A stretch of 64,000 bases of DNA from Octopus vulgaris. Taxonomy: Eukaryota. Each line of letters starts with the position of its first letter. The first letter of the stretch is position 1. Of this stretch, positions 51,901 through 62,167 are shown in pieces. Both the position numbers and the translations under genes were made by a program. The stretch is from the NCBI GenBank assembly GCA_951406725.2, contig OX597819.1:84878001-84942000 (forward strand). Direction: 5' to 3'. Below the pieces are notes generated by a model. The model had not been told where the DNA came from and ran no database searches. It worked only from the letters and a program-made list of their open reading frames with translations.

Positions 51901-54900
51901 TGCTATTACAAAACTCACTTTGAGTTAATTTAAGAAAATTCTGTTGAAAGGGTGCTCGCTAATTTCAGAATGCAATATACAAAATGTGTAGCCATCAATC
52001 ATACAACTGCATTTAAGGAAATAAAAGTTTCAGATTGTCAACATAACTGAACAGAAACAACTGTTGGAATATATTGATTGATGTAATTTTCCAACGTTTC
52101 CAAACTTCCCTGAGTATCTCTATTTCATTTTTGATCACTAGAATTCTCTCCCTTACCTTCGAAAAATTGTGACTGGCGTTATCGATTTGTTAAAGTTGAA
52201 TTAAAATTCATCGTCGTCATATCTAATTTTACATGCTTGCCATGGGTCAGAAACTTTGAATCAGATTTTTCTGTGAATGGTTGCTCTTACTGTCCTCAAC
52301 CCTTACCTATTTCGAAGCACAGTAATATTTCCCTTAGTTTATCAAACAACAAAAAGCCTGGACATACTTTCATGGAGAATTGTAAACAATGGTGATTCTT
52401 TCATTATGGTCAACATGCTCACGAAGAGATGAATACATACTCACTCCTACTTACAAATTTCTTTAATTTAAAATCCTTTAATAATTGCCTCCTTGATAGC
52501 CTTACAACAGAAAATATGAAATGGTGTTAATGGTAGTATAACTATTTATTTCAACTGATGCTGTGAAAAATCACACACATATTGATTTTATGTTTCTAGT
52601 TAAAGTGCTGTTTTAGTTAAGTTATATCTAGTCTCAATTTTGTTGTTGATATTTCATTGTTCCTTTCTTCCTTGTCAATTCTTTGCAAGTTTATAGGGAT
52701 TCCTCATCACTTTTTTTTTTACTGCTTTTGTGGTTTCCCATGATGCTCTGTCACCATCCAAATCCGTTTTTATGAATTTGAATTGGGAACTTGAGTCATA
52801 GCGAATCTTTCATTTGCTGATTACACAACTATAGATGCCACCCCTATGGATGCGTTGCAATTACTCTCTCGTGATAGAGCTTGGTGATTCTGACCATTGA
52901 TCTTCTAGGATTCCTCCACTCAGCATCAGTGTAAGAAGCACCATTGCCTCAGTTGTGCTCTTCCACTACCTCTTCACAATCCACCATGTTGCAGTCCCAT
53001 GACTTCAACCTTGTCACTTGATTATTCCATAATATATGCATATGTTGTTTTATGGTATATACAAGATTTAGTTCTTTTTCGTCCAGTTGCACACAACTAC
53101 CTTATCATGAACCAGACACTCTTGAGGAGATTCATGAACCAATGACAAACCTCTATGTGACTGTGTATTCTGATAGAATTAGCAGCTAAATCTTTTTGAA
53201 TCACATCATATTGTCTTAGAAAAGGACATATTGGTTAATGTAGTCTGAGCGTCAATAATCACAACTGGAATATCTTTGATCATTGGTCTGCTGAGTTAGG
53301 TTTGATCTTGGGTTTAATAACAACTACCTTGTGAAATTGGTTTCTAGTTTTAGTCATAGTGATTGGAAATCTATTTAAATTTCGTACTTACTGAAGCTCT
53401 TCACACCTTAAGGAGGTCAGCAATGACTTTTCTCCACTGCTCTGGACTGTTTTTTCTGCTTCTCATCAGTTAGATTTTTCACCAGTGCTGATGTCATGAA
53501 AAAAGCACCTCGTACATTCTGTAAAAGTAGTTGGCATTAAGAAGGGTATCCAGCTTGTCAGTTCATGTTGAACCAACACATGCTGGCATAGAAAAAGGGA
53601 TGTTAAATAATGATGAAATACTTTAGATCATTATTTCTTCCATAGTAACTGTTGTAGGATATCTTATAGAAACTTGAATAAATTGAATTATAAAAAAAAA
53701 AAAACTGATCAATTATTTGCAGTGTGTTGTCTTGGTAAAAACAATCTTAAGACTTTCACAAAGATAAAAAATCTCACTTATACTGTTAATGCTTATGGGA
53801 GATTTAAACAAAAAATTTAGGCTAAAATAATTTTATGATTTGTTTACTTTTAATATTCATGAAAATTTCTTTTACAGTTAAACAACTGCAACATATTCCC
53901 ATTGATGTGGGTTCACCTATTGTTCACTGCTCTGTTGCTGATCCTTTCTTGTTGGTTATGAGTGAAGAAGGCCAGGTGGTATTATTGTCCCTAAGAGCTG
54001 ACAACTTTGGTAGTGGTGTCCGACTTGCAGTTACCAAACCACAGTTACAACAGGTAAAGAATCATTGTCAACATCATCATCATTGTTGTCATCATCATCG
54101 TTGTCATCATTATTGTTGTCATCATCATCATCATCAACATTTAGTGTCCATTTTTTCTGTGTTTACATGGATTAGATGAAACTTTTTGAGGCAGATTTTC
54201 AGTGGTTGGATGCCCTTCCTGTTGTCAACCTTCTCAGGTTTCCAAGCAAAGTAATATTTCCCCATAGGTAGATATTTTTCTCATGGAAGACTAGAAGCAA
54301 ACATTGTAGCTTGTATGATGGCGATGCTCCCACACAGCCTTCTCATGATGTCTAGACAAGGGTACACACACGTACATATGATGGGCTTCTGTACAGCTTC
54401 CATCTATCAAATTTAATTCACAAGGTATTCGTCAACCCAAAGCTATAATAGAAGACACTGGTTCAAAGTGCCAAACAGTGGGTTAGAACCTGAAACTACA
54501 TGGTTGAGAAGGGAAACTTGTAACCATGCAGTCATGCCTATACCTATTTCATTTTCCTTTCATTTTTTTCCTTTTCTTCACTTTATTTTCTTTCTCCCTT
54601 TTGTCCTTTCTTTTCTTTCATTTTAATTTATATATAATTAAAAATCTAGAATTTCTACTCTTCAAAATAATAAAAATGCTTTAACTGCAAAAACAATGTA
54701 TTATAACTATTTCAGAAAAACAAAATCATCAGTTTATGTGCCTATAAAGATCTCAGTGGGTTATTTACCACAACAACGATCAAAGCTGATACATATTCTG
54801 CAAACCCACTGGAATTTACCAAAGTACACAAAATACCAGAAGAACGGGTATCTAGTAATCTCACTTGCAGGTAATTACTTGATTCTCTATTTTTCAATTG

Positions 54901-57223
54901 TGGGGTTTTTTCACTCTGTCCTTTTATTGAATGGTCACATAAAGATTATTTTAGTTTTAATGGAAATTTTGGTTTCAAATTTTGGCTCAAGGCCATTAAT
55001 TTCGGAGGAGGAGGTAAGTTTATTAAATCAACCCCAGTATTCAATTAGTACTTGTTTTACTGACCCTGAAAGAATGAAAGGCAAAGTCAACCTTGGTAGA
55101 ATTTGAACCGACCTTGTGTCAGCATTTGAAATTCATGTTAAAATCTTGGTAACTAATCCTGAATTCTAATGCCATTGTAAAAGAAATTCAAGTTCTATTC
55201 TTAATCAAATGTTTTCTGCCTTTTGGTTACTCAGTGTAAATTTTGTTGTGCTTTGAATTTGAGCATTTGCATGTATGTGTTGGAATAAATATGCCTCTGT
55301 TGGTGTGTGTGTGTGTGTATTAACATGTGCTTTTGTGTGTTTAACATGTTTGTGCATGTGTGTTTAAATGAATGTGACCATTTATGTGTATATTCATGTG
55401 TGTATGTGTGTTTGAAATAGTACATTGAAATTTATGTGGTTTACCAAAACGTTATTTTTTCCCCTATTATTTTCATGTCTGTAACCTTTTTTTAAAATTT
55501 TATTTCCTCTCTCTCCAGCTTCATTGATGATGAAGATGAATTACTGTATGGAGAATCTGAATCTGTGTTTGGGAAAACTGTAAACAATAGCAATAAACAT
55601 GCTCCTAAACAGAGGTAATAAATCATTTGATAATGACTATTTGGAAACTTCAATTAACTGATTGAGTATATATATATCAGATAATTTCTGATAAGTCATA
55701 AACATAAGTCTGGTAGACATATTCTGGGTCTCCAGAATTTATTCCTTGATATAATGAGTTTGTTGATTGATTTTTTAGAATGTTGGAGATCAATCTAGCT
55801 ATATCCAGTTTTAAACTGACAGCTACCTATGACAAAGCAGTTTGTCAACATAATGCTTGAATTAGTTATTCATTTACTAAGTCATTTTTCTGTCTTCAAA
55901 TTTGTTATTAATGCTGGACCTTTTGTCACTTTTAGAAGATAATTAGGCATCTAGCTATGTTCACATTGCCTATATTGAACTGGTTATGTTAGAATTAAAA
56001 GCAAGAAATTTATTTAGTACTAGACTAGTATCTAGTGCTAGATAAATTGAAAGCAGAAATGAACATGGTATAGTCTTGCCACCAATGGACAGATGTTTCA
56101 ACTTCAGTCTTTAGTAATATGCTGTGTATCTGACAAAAGCATTCAGCTCTCACTGGCCCAATTCTCCTAGCAATAAAATTGGTTTTGTAAGGAGTACAAA
56201 TCTATAAGCCATGTCATCACTATAATTACTGAGTGTTAGCATTCAGTACTTATTTCATATCTTCCCACAGAACTATTGAATATCAATAGTTCTACCAGCA
56301 ACACATAAAAGTGTTATTTTCTTTTAGTCTTTTACTTGTTTTAGTCATTTGACAGTAGTCATGATAGGGGCATGCATTTTGAAAGCTTCAGTCAATCAAA
56401 TTGGCAATTGACTCCCCCGACTCAAGCAGTGCTTATTTTAAGCCTGGTATTTTTTCTGTCAATTTCTTTTGCTAAACCACCAAGCTATGGAAGCATAAAC
56501 AAACCAATACCATTTGCAAGAAATGAGAGACAAAGACATGCATGCACACACCAACATATGCGCGCGCGCGCACACATACACACACACACGACTCCTTCAC
56601 TACCAACCAAATTCCCTCACAAGGTATTTGGCCAGTCAGCCTGAGGCTATAGTAGAAGAACCTTACTCTAGGTTCTGTGGTGGGACTGAACCTGAAACGA
56701 TGTGGTTGCAAAATGAACTTCTACAGAAAGCATCTTAGCTTTAAACTCAGAGAGCAAGCCTGTAGCTCTATCTGTGCTTGTGATTTAGTGGCACACACCA
56801 ACATATGCACGCACACACACACACATCATCATCATCATTGTTCGACCGTGGGCGAGACAATGGAATTTACTATGCTACACCAGACTTCACGGTCCATCAT
56901 AGCAGTACGGAGGTCCTGTTGCTGGATGCCTGTATCCCTGGAGATTACATCAGAGTAGGAGAGTGTGCGCCCTCTGGTATTGCGAGTAGATGGCTTCCAG
57001 AGGAGAAGAGTAGAAATTGCTTTGTTTTCAGCTCTACAACAATGTCCAACAAACTGGACTCTTCTACCTTTCACAAGAGATGATACAGGTAGTAGTTTCC
57101 CATATATTTGCACTTTGGTTGGATGGCGCTTCCACGAGAGATTTTGAGCTCTCATAAGGAGGCGAGTGTAAGTTCCATCCAACTGCCTCTCAAGCTTCTT
57201 TGATAATGTCCAGGTTTCTGAGC

Positions 57224-57266
<43 letters not shown>

Positions 57267-58526
57267 TAGGCTCCTTCACCACCAACCAAATTCTTTCACA
57301 AGGTATTTGGCCAGTCAGCCTGAGGCTATAGTAGAAGAACCTTACTCTAGGTTCTGTGGTGGGACTGAACCTGAAACGATGTGGTTGCAAAATGAACTTC
57401 TACAGAAAGCATCTTAGCTTTAAACTCAGAGAGCAAGCCTGTAGCTCTATCTGTGCTTATGATTTAGTGAATTTGTTAAGTCTGATATACTTTCATTAAG
57501 AAATTTTGTTCACATTACCTTCTAAAATTTTACTCTTACTGTAATTATTGTTAATTAGTGCAGCTCATTACATTGATTGTTTTCATTTCATTTCATCTTC
57601 AGTCCATCTGATATCTACCAAAAAAAAGAAATAAAAGCTTCTTATTGGGTTGTAATATGTCGGGAAAATGGTGTACTTGAGGTGAGTTTAAACATTTAGT
57701 TTGAGATGTGTAATTCCCTAAGGCAATGGAACAGTGTAGTGCTTTGAAGAGTGTAAGTGATTTCTGAGGAATGAGCTGAGTATGGATGTGAAGTGGTACA
57801 TTATGTGAAAGAAGATGAATGGAGGTAAAATCGAAGAGATGGTTGGTCATCCAAGTCATTAGCTGGTGTAATTTACTCATTGCACCCTGTATGTATATGT
57901 ATATATGTGTGTTTGTGTGTACCCTTGTCTAGATATCATGTGATTATTGTAAAAGAGCATCATTGTCATACAAGCAAGCTTGTTCATTTCCAGTCTTCCC
58001 GGAGAAACATGTCTAGCTATGTAAACAAGTGAGGGTTGGCAATAGGAAGGGCATCCAGTTGCAGAAAATCTGCCTTAACAAATTTCATCTGATCCATGCA
58101 TGAATGGAAAAATGATGTTAAATGATGATGTATAAATGTGAGAAGATGATATTATGCTTTGTTGTGGTGGTATACTTTTTGTAGAATCTTTTCTTTTGTT
58201 CTGATTCTATTTCGGAAGGGATCACTTTGCTTCCTGTGTACCAGTGTTGCTCTTTGTGTTTCTTTGTTGTTTTTTTTGTCTATTTCAAGTGTATGTAAAA
58301 AAGAAAAATCAAGAAGTATCATTATTTTCTTTGCAGATTTATACCTTACCTGACTTTCGAATGACCTACTATGTAAAGAATTTTCCTATGGGACAAAAGG
58401 TTTTGGTGGACAGTGTGCAAATGACAGAATTATCTGTAAGGCCTAGGTATGTAAAATGCTGTGTCTCTTTCATCCTTTAGTTCCAGGATAGTTTCCATTT
58501 ATTATGTGAAGAAAAGCCTGTTTCCA

Positions 58527-58578
<52 letters not shown>

Positions 58579-61220
58579 CATCATCATTTAGTATCTGTTT
58601 TCCATGTTGGCATGGGTTAGATGGCTTGACTGGACCTCGTAAGCCAGAGAGCTGCACCAGGCTCCAGTGTGTTTTGGTTTGGTTTCTATGGCTGGGTGCC
58701 CTTCCTAGTGCCAACCATTCCACAGAATGTAGTGGGTGCCTTTTACATGTCACTGGTATGGGTGTGTTTTATATGTTTCCAACACTGGCTATGACTACAA
58801 TTTAACTTGGCTTGAAGTGTCTTATCAAACCCAGCAAATCGCCAAAGGTCTTGGTCACTTGTCATTGTCTCCATGAAATTCAGCACCTGAAGATCTTACT
58901 TCATTGCCTTGTCCCATGTCTTCTTGGGTCTACCTCCTCCACAGGTTCCCTCCACTGTTAGAGATTGGCACTTCTTTATGCAGTTGTTTTTTATATTAAT
59001 GTTTTCTGAATAAATCATATAATTCTTTTTCTTTTGATGTAATATTCTTACATCTACCAAATTATAATTTAGAGGCCGTCATCATCACCCTCGTCAAGAT
59101 TCAGTCAGGCAACTTGCCCAGACCAATAAGTCATATTAGTTTATCAATAGCTGAATGTCTCATCTGCAGTTGCTGTGACTACAAATGATAGCAGTAGATT
59201 GCTAACTGAACTGGTTGATCCTGGCCATTGACAGTTTGTTGACTGTTCATCTGCTCAGCATTTAGTGACATTTGCTATTGGCTCGATAGTTCATGTCTAC
59301 CATGCTGCATCCCATGATTTCAACGTAACTGTGGCTTGGGTGGTTATAAGATGTGAGGCTTTAGCAAGGTGCCATCTGTAATTTGATTGATCTGGGGCTG
59401 TTTATTCCCATGTTTACGGCTGACTTTATTTACGTGCTAATTAACTCACATCTGGGACCCTGACAGGTGCTTAGTACTCTGGGTCAGAATAGACCTGGGA
59501 ACAATAATTGTTAAGAGGTGACTCCACACTCCTGAAACAGACCCCAGTATTAGATGCAGTTTAAAGTCATCCCAAGAACATAAAGACTTAGAGATTATAA
59601 TGATTTATTAATTATTCAAGATAGCTTAGTCAAGTAGATTTAACCCTTTAGCATTTAAACTAAATATTCTACCTGTTTTATGTTCAAGCTAGCAAGATCC
59701 AGCCTCTCACTCTTATACAGTATTATTCAAAATATAAACAATCACATCATTGAAATCTGAAAGTGATGAGATAATATGAGGTGGTTTCAAAATGTTTCCA
59801 GACTAGTTCTGTAGCATGCCAACAGATGACAGCACACAGCTGCATCTGCAGTGAGAGCAAGCAGTGACCTTCATTGCTGTGTTTACTTTGCAAGTTGTGA
59901 AATTTCTGTTTTTGTGATCACATGTATGCTGTAGCCTGCAATTTTTTATATAACAACTTAATATACATAATATAACATAATAACTTATGTTCCAAACATT
60001 GGCTACATTACGAAGAAGTTGCTTATTTTACAAAATCCTTCCAAAATTAATTGAAACATAAAGGTAGTATATTTCAATAGAAATCATTATTTTATTGTTC
60101 ATTTTTCCATCTTGCATGAGTAAGATGAGTCAGACAAAAACTTGTTGAGGTAGATTTCCTGTGGCTAGATGCTCTTGCAATAACCAACCCTCCCCTTTTT
60201 CCAAGAAAGGTAATATTTGCCAATCATTCATTCAACCAAATGAACATCTCAGAGGCCAAATACATTTTCATAAAAGATTGTAAACAAATGATACTGTCTG
60301 TAGGAACAGTGATTTAATTTTCAATATATGCACAAACAAGGGAAAAACAAGAAACACATAACATGACAAGCTTCTTTCAGTTTCCATCTACCAGTTCTAT
60401 AAAATATAAGTCAGTCTGCAACCATAGTAGATGTCAACCAAAGCAGAAGATGCCATGCAGTAGAAATGAACTCTATGCCACATAGTTCTGACGCAGATTT
60501 GTTATATATAAAAAATTGTTGGATGATCGTAATGTAAATATGAAAATTTAAAAATGAATGTTTTTTTCTTTGTGTAATTGAATTAAAAGTAGTCTTAGTT
60601 GAGTTGGTGTCAAAGGATTAAATACAGTCATGTTTTGATTTATTTCCATTTATTCAGATATAAAAAAAAATGACCACTTCCCTCATCAAATCCAAACAAA
60701 CTAACAAAAAAAAAAACCTCCAAATAATCGTTTTTTTTCCTTTTGCAGTATGAGCAATACTAGTAGTAGTAGTGACCGACAAGAAAAAGTTATTGGTGAT
60801 ATGCCAGTTATTAAGGAGCTTCTGTTGGTTGGGCTTGGTTGTCGCAATTCACGGCCTCATTTATTGGTAAGCGAAACTTTACTTCTCTTGTGTAATACAT
60901 TCATCATTCTCTAATATGATAAAAACCTCTCTACATGTTTAATGAATGACAGTGGAGGCTGACATTTACAACAACTGCTGTAATTCTTTAGTATTGAGTT
61001 ATTGTTTGCATTCTTTTATCTTTTACTTGTTTCAGTCATTAGATTGTGGCCATACTGGGGCACTTCCTTGAAGAACTTTTAGTCAAGTGAATTGACTCTA
61101 GTACTTATTTTTTGTTAAGTCTGGTACTTATTCTATTGGCCTCTTTGTCAAACTACTAAGTTAGAAGGATGTAAACACATCAACATCGGTTGTCAAGCAG
61201 TAGTAGAGGACATACAGATA

Positions 61221-61263
<43 letters not shown>

Positions 61264-61652
61264 ACACACATCTTTACAATGGACTTTTTTCAGTTTCTCT
61301 CTCATATCAACTCATAAGGCTTTGGTCAGCCTGCGGTTATAGTAGAAGACACTTGCCCAAGGTGCCATACAGTGAGACTGAACCTGGAACCATGTGCTTA
61401 TCTGGTCATCTGTTTTTTTTTGTGCTTTTTTTTTTGTCTTGTACTTGAGTTTTAATCAGCAGAGATCTTATTAGATGTTCACATTTCTGTTTTTGTTTTA
61501 TTTCTGAATATTAAATTGGATATTTATACACACACACACACACATATGCACATGTATTAATTGTTAAGTGATAAATAACAATAAGCAAAATTTCCATTTG
61601 TTATGTTTTTGTTAAATTTTTCCATTTGTTATGTTAAATCCTTGAAAAGAGC

Positions 61653-61689
<37 letters not shown>

Positions 61690-62167
61690 CTTTACGGAGA
61701 TGTACTCGCATAGCAAGTAATTTGATCTGAGATCGTGTGCTGAAACGAAAACAATTGCAGCGTGGGAGGTGTTTATAAGCCATTTAAGAAACACACAAAA
61801 CGGCTTTTGTGTGTTTCTTAAATGGCTTATAAACACCTCCCACGCTGCAATTGTTGTTGTATATATATATCTTTTTCTCAAAATTTCCATAATACATCAT
61901 TTGATTGTTTTTGCTTTTATATCTATATTCCAGGCTCGAGTAGATGAAGACCTGCTATTATATGAAGCTTTTCCATTTTACCAAACTCAAATTGATAACC
62001 ACTTGAAGATCCGATTCAAGAAAATACAACACAATCTTATCCTCAGAGACAAGAAATCATCTCGTGCACGTAAAAAAGGAGTGGAAGCCACTGAGGATGT
62101 CGGTATTCTGAAAGAAAGTCATGTTTGTTTGATGCGGTACTTTGAAGACATAACTGGTTATTCTGGG
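22631..62167 (+). CDS. CPSF1: Cleavage and polyadenylation specificity factor subunit 1 (CPSF160); 24 coding exons in window, 3' part lies beyond the window
   Basis: Spliced translation matches metazoan CPSF1 motifs throughout ([107 protein letters not shown]). All introns GT-AG with consistent phases; 2916 coding nt. Confidence 0.98.
23353..23392 (+). CDS. CPSF1: CPSF1 coding exon 2 (40 nt)
   Basis: ttttcag|[13 protein letters not shown]|gtaagt; supplies the phase 0 to phase 1 link required by exon 3. Confidence 0.88.
23887..24124 (+). mobile_element. RTE 3'UTR fragment
   Basis: Same tail consensus; near-identical sister copy at 27820-27970. Confidence 0.85.
24348..24810 (-). mobile_element. 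RTE 3'UTR fragment with internal array
   Basis: (CAT)n start, ~5 units of ctggcaacgatcacgctcggatggtgc. Confidence 0.85.
24966..25096 (+). CDS. CPSF1: CPSF1 coding exon 3
   Basis: [40 protein letters not shown]; cag/gt. Confidence 0.96.
25757..27150 (+). mobile_element. RTE-clade LINE, 5'-truncated, degenerate RT with an embedded PHD-like Cys cluster
   Basis: [55 protein letters not shown]; internal stops. Confidence 0.92.
27408..27488 (+). CDS. CPSF1: CPSF1 coding exon 4
   Basis: [27 protein letters not shown]; tag/gtgagt. Confidence 0.97.
30262..30612 (+). mobile_element. SINE with Nin/Deu-like central domain and duplicated head (others ~5000-5215, 6183-6400, 62815-63020)
   Basis: gagttcaaattccgccgaggtcgactttgcctttcatcctttcggggtcgat..taagtaccag. 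Confidence 0.8.
31403..31463 (+). ncRNA. Type I hammerhead ribozyme motif in a (TA)/(CA)n-flanked Penelope/retrozyme-like fragment (~31400-31680)
   Basis: ttatca-CTGAAGA-GGGG[aa aattc ttat gaatt aa]CCCC-GAAA-tt-aggacc-aaT-A-cggtaa: full catalytic core and three stems. Confidence 0.7.
31741..31889 (+). CDS. CPSF1: CPSF1 coding exon 5
   Basis: [36 protein letters not shown]; tag/gtaagt. Confidence 0.96.
33851..34072. mobile_element. TTAA-flanked piggyBac-like MITE (copies ~18270-18500, 25153-25378, 44712-44935, 49310, 59640)
   Basis: TTAA-ctctttagcatt ... aatgctaaaagg-TTAA terminal inverted repeats. Confidence 0.75.
34177..34320 (+). CDS. CPSF1: CPSF1 coding exon 6
   Basis: [43 protein letters not shown]; cag/gtaagt. 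Confidence 0.97.
35265..35404 (+). CDS. CPSF1: CPSF1 coding exon 7
   Basis: [36 protein letters not shown]...PKPI; tag/gtaagt. Confidence 0.97.
36864..36950 (+). repeat. 30-bp tandem repeat (~3 units) within an RTE tail
   Basis: ctgtaaaaaccatgccaaaactaacct units. Confidence 0.75.
37970..38080 (+). CDS. CPSF1: CPSF1 coding exon 8
   Basis: [25 protein letters not shown]...AFPL; cag/gtaagt. Confidence 0.97.
38480..38990 (+). mobile_element. RTE-1/AviRTE-like LINE C-terminus relic with terminal zinc finger
   Basis: [69 protein letters not shown]. Confidence 0.7.
39000..39392 (-). mobile_element. SINE family A (further copies ~45003-45623, 46070-46490, 56325-56730, 61015-61396)
   Basis: Same consensus, antisense to CPSF1. 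Confidence 0.9.
40035..40128 (+). CDS. CPSF1: CPSF1 coding exon 9
   Basis: [30 protein letters not shown]; cag/gtaagt. Confidence 0.96.
40156..40374. mobile_element. Second TTAA/CCC-ended MITE family (copy ~51571-51785)
   Basis: ttaa-cccttt...aaaggg-ctaa; internal sequence shared with the 51.6 kb copy. Confidence 0.65.
40448..40535 (+). CDS. CPSF1: CPSF1 coding exon 10
   Basis: [29 protein letters not shown]; cag/gtaagt. Confidence 0.96.
41744..41866 (+). CDS. CPSF1: CPSF1 coding exon 11
   Basis: [26 protein letters not shown]; cag/gtgagc. Confidence 0.96.
42000..42048 (+). CDS. CPSF1: CPSF1 coding exon 12
   Basis: [16 protein letters not shown] (cf. vertebrate EPPSKKKR); cag/gtaagt. Confidence 0.93.
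43390..43745 (-). mobile_element. RTE 3'UTR fragment (others at ~7253, 28627, 32525, 42129, 45272, 58577, 63870)
   Basis: Shared consensus catgctagcatgggttggacgg..gctggatgcccttcctaacgccaaccactc. Confidence 0.8.
44216..44313 (+). CDS. CPSF1: CPSF1 coding exon 13
   Basis: [32 protein letters not shown]; cag/gtaatt. Confidence 0.95.
45875..46030 (+). CDS. CPSF1: CPSF1 coding exon 14
   Basis: [26 protein letters not shown]...KNGALSVLQ; tag/gtgaaa. Confidence 0.97.
47724..47840 (+). CDS. CPSF1: CPSF1 coding exon 15
   Basis: [22 protein letters not shown]; cag/gtgagt. Confidence 0.96.
48120..48790 (-). mobile_element. Degenerate RTE-type LINE relic (similar remnant ~37130-37400)
   Basis: [28 protein letters not shown] on the minus strand. 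Confidence 0.6.
48981..49281 (+). mobile_element. tRNA(Arg)-like SINE with a different 3' tail, inserted in (TA)n
   Basis: Same head and body as the 17385 element, unrelated 3' ~90 nt. Confidence 0.8.
49414..49459 (+). ncRNA. Minimal type I hammerhead ribozyme motif (Penelope-like element terminus, ~49406-49550)
   Basis: gatac-CTGATGA-A-GGCTG[gagagtatat]CAGCT-GAAAC-GTT-gtgtt; palindromic minimal stem III as in PLE hammerheads. Confidence 0.65.
49650..49793 (+). CDS. CPSF1: CPSF1 coding exon 16
   Basis: acidic loop then [13 protein letters not shown]; tag/gtaagt. Confidence 0.93.
49931..50072 (+). CDS. CPSF1: CPSF1 coding exon 17
   Basis: [47 protein letters not shown]; tag/gtttgt. Confidence 0.97.
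53878..54053 (+). CDS. CPSF1: CPSF1 coding exon 18
   Basis: [33 protein letters not shown]; cag/gtaaag. Confidence 0.96.
54716..54870 (+). CDS. CPSF1: CPSF1 coding exon 19
   Basis: [19 protein letters not shown] (cf. SKVITLCLYRDLSGMFTT); cag/gtaatt. Confidence 0.93.
55519..55614 (+). CDS. CPSF1: CPSF1 coding exon 20
   Basis: [17 protein letters not shown]; cag/gtaata. Confidence 0.94.
56544..57469 (+). repeat. ~247-bp tandem duplication; second copy interrupted by the 56826 LINE
   Basis: 56544-56790 is repeated as 56791-56825 plus ~57228-57469, nearly identical. Confidence 0.9.
56826..57227 (-). mobile_element. Young 5'-truncated non-LTR retrotransposon (RTE-related) 3' fragment inserted in (CA)n
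   Basis: Open frame [41 protein letters not shown] ending in a (TGA)n tail. Confidence 0.85.
57603..57681 (+). CDS. CPSF1: CPSF1 coding exon 21
   Basis: [15 protein letters not shown]; cag/gtgagt. Confidence 0.94.
58337..58446 (+). CDS. CPSF1: CPSF1 coding exon 22
   Basis: [26 protein letters not shown]; phase-2 donor gtatgt at 58447 needed to join exon 23. Confidence 0.9.
60749..60866 (+). CDS. CPSF1: CPSF1 coding exon 23
   Basis: [24 protein letters not shown]; cag/gtaagc. Confidence 0.95.
61750..61855. repeat. Perfect 51-bp inverted repeat with 4-nt loop, inside a (TA)n-flanked element
   Basis: aacaattgcagcgtgggaggtgtttataagccatttaagaaacacacaaaa-cggc-exact reverse complement. Confidence 0.95.
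61934..62167 (+). CDS. CPSF1: CPSF1 coding exon 24 (last in window)
   Basis: [14 protein letters not shown]...LKIRFKK...[11 protein letters not shown]; cag/gtaggt. Confidence 0.96.

Noticed and set aside
54054-54179. His/Cys-rich ORF extension after exon 18
   Set aside because: Read-through into an intronic (CAT)n tail of a repeat beyond the gtaaag donor.
22772-61933. U12-type/AT-AC introns or intronic polyadenylation autoregulation in CPSF1
   Set aside because: All 23 traced introns have ordinary GT-AG U2-type ends; AATAAA is too common in this AT-rich DNA to be informative.
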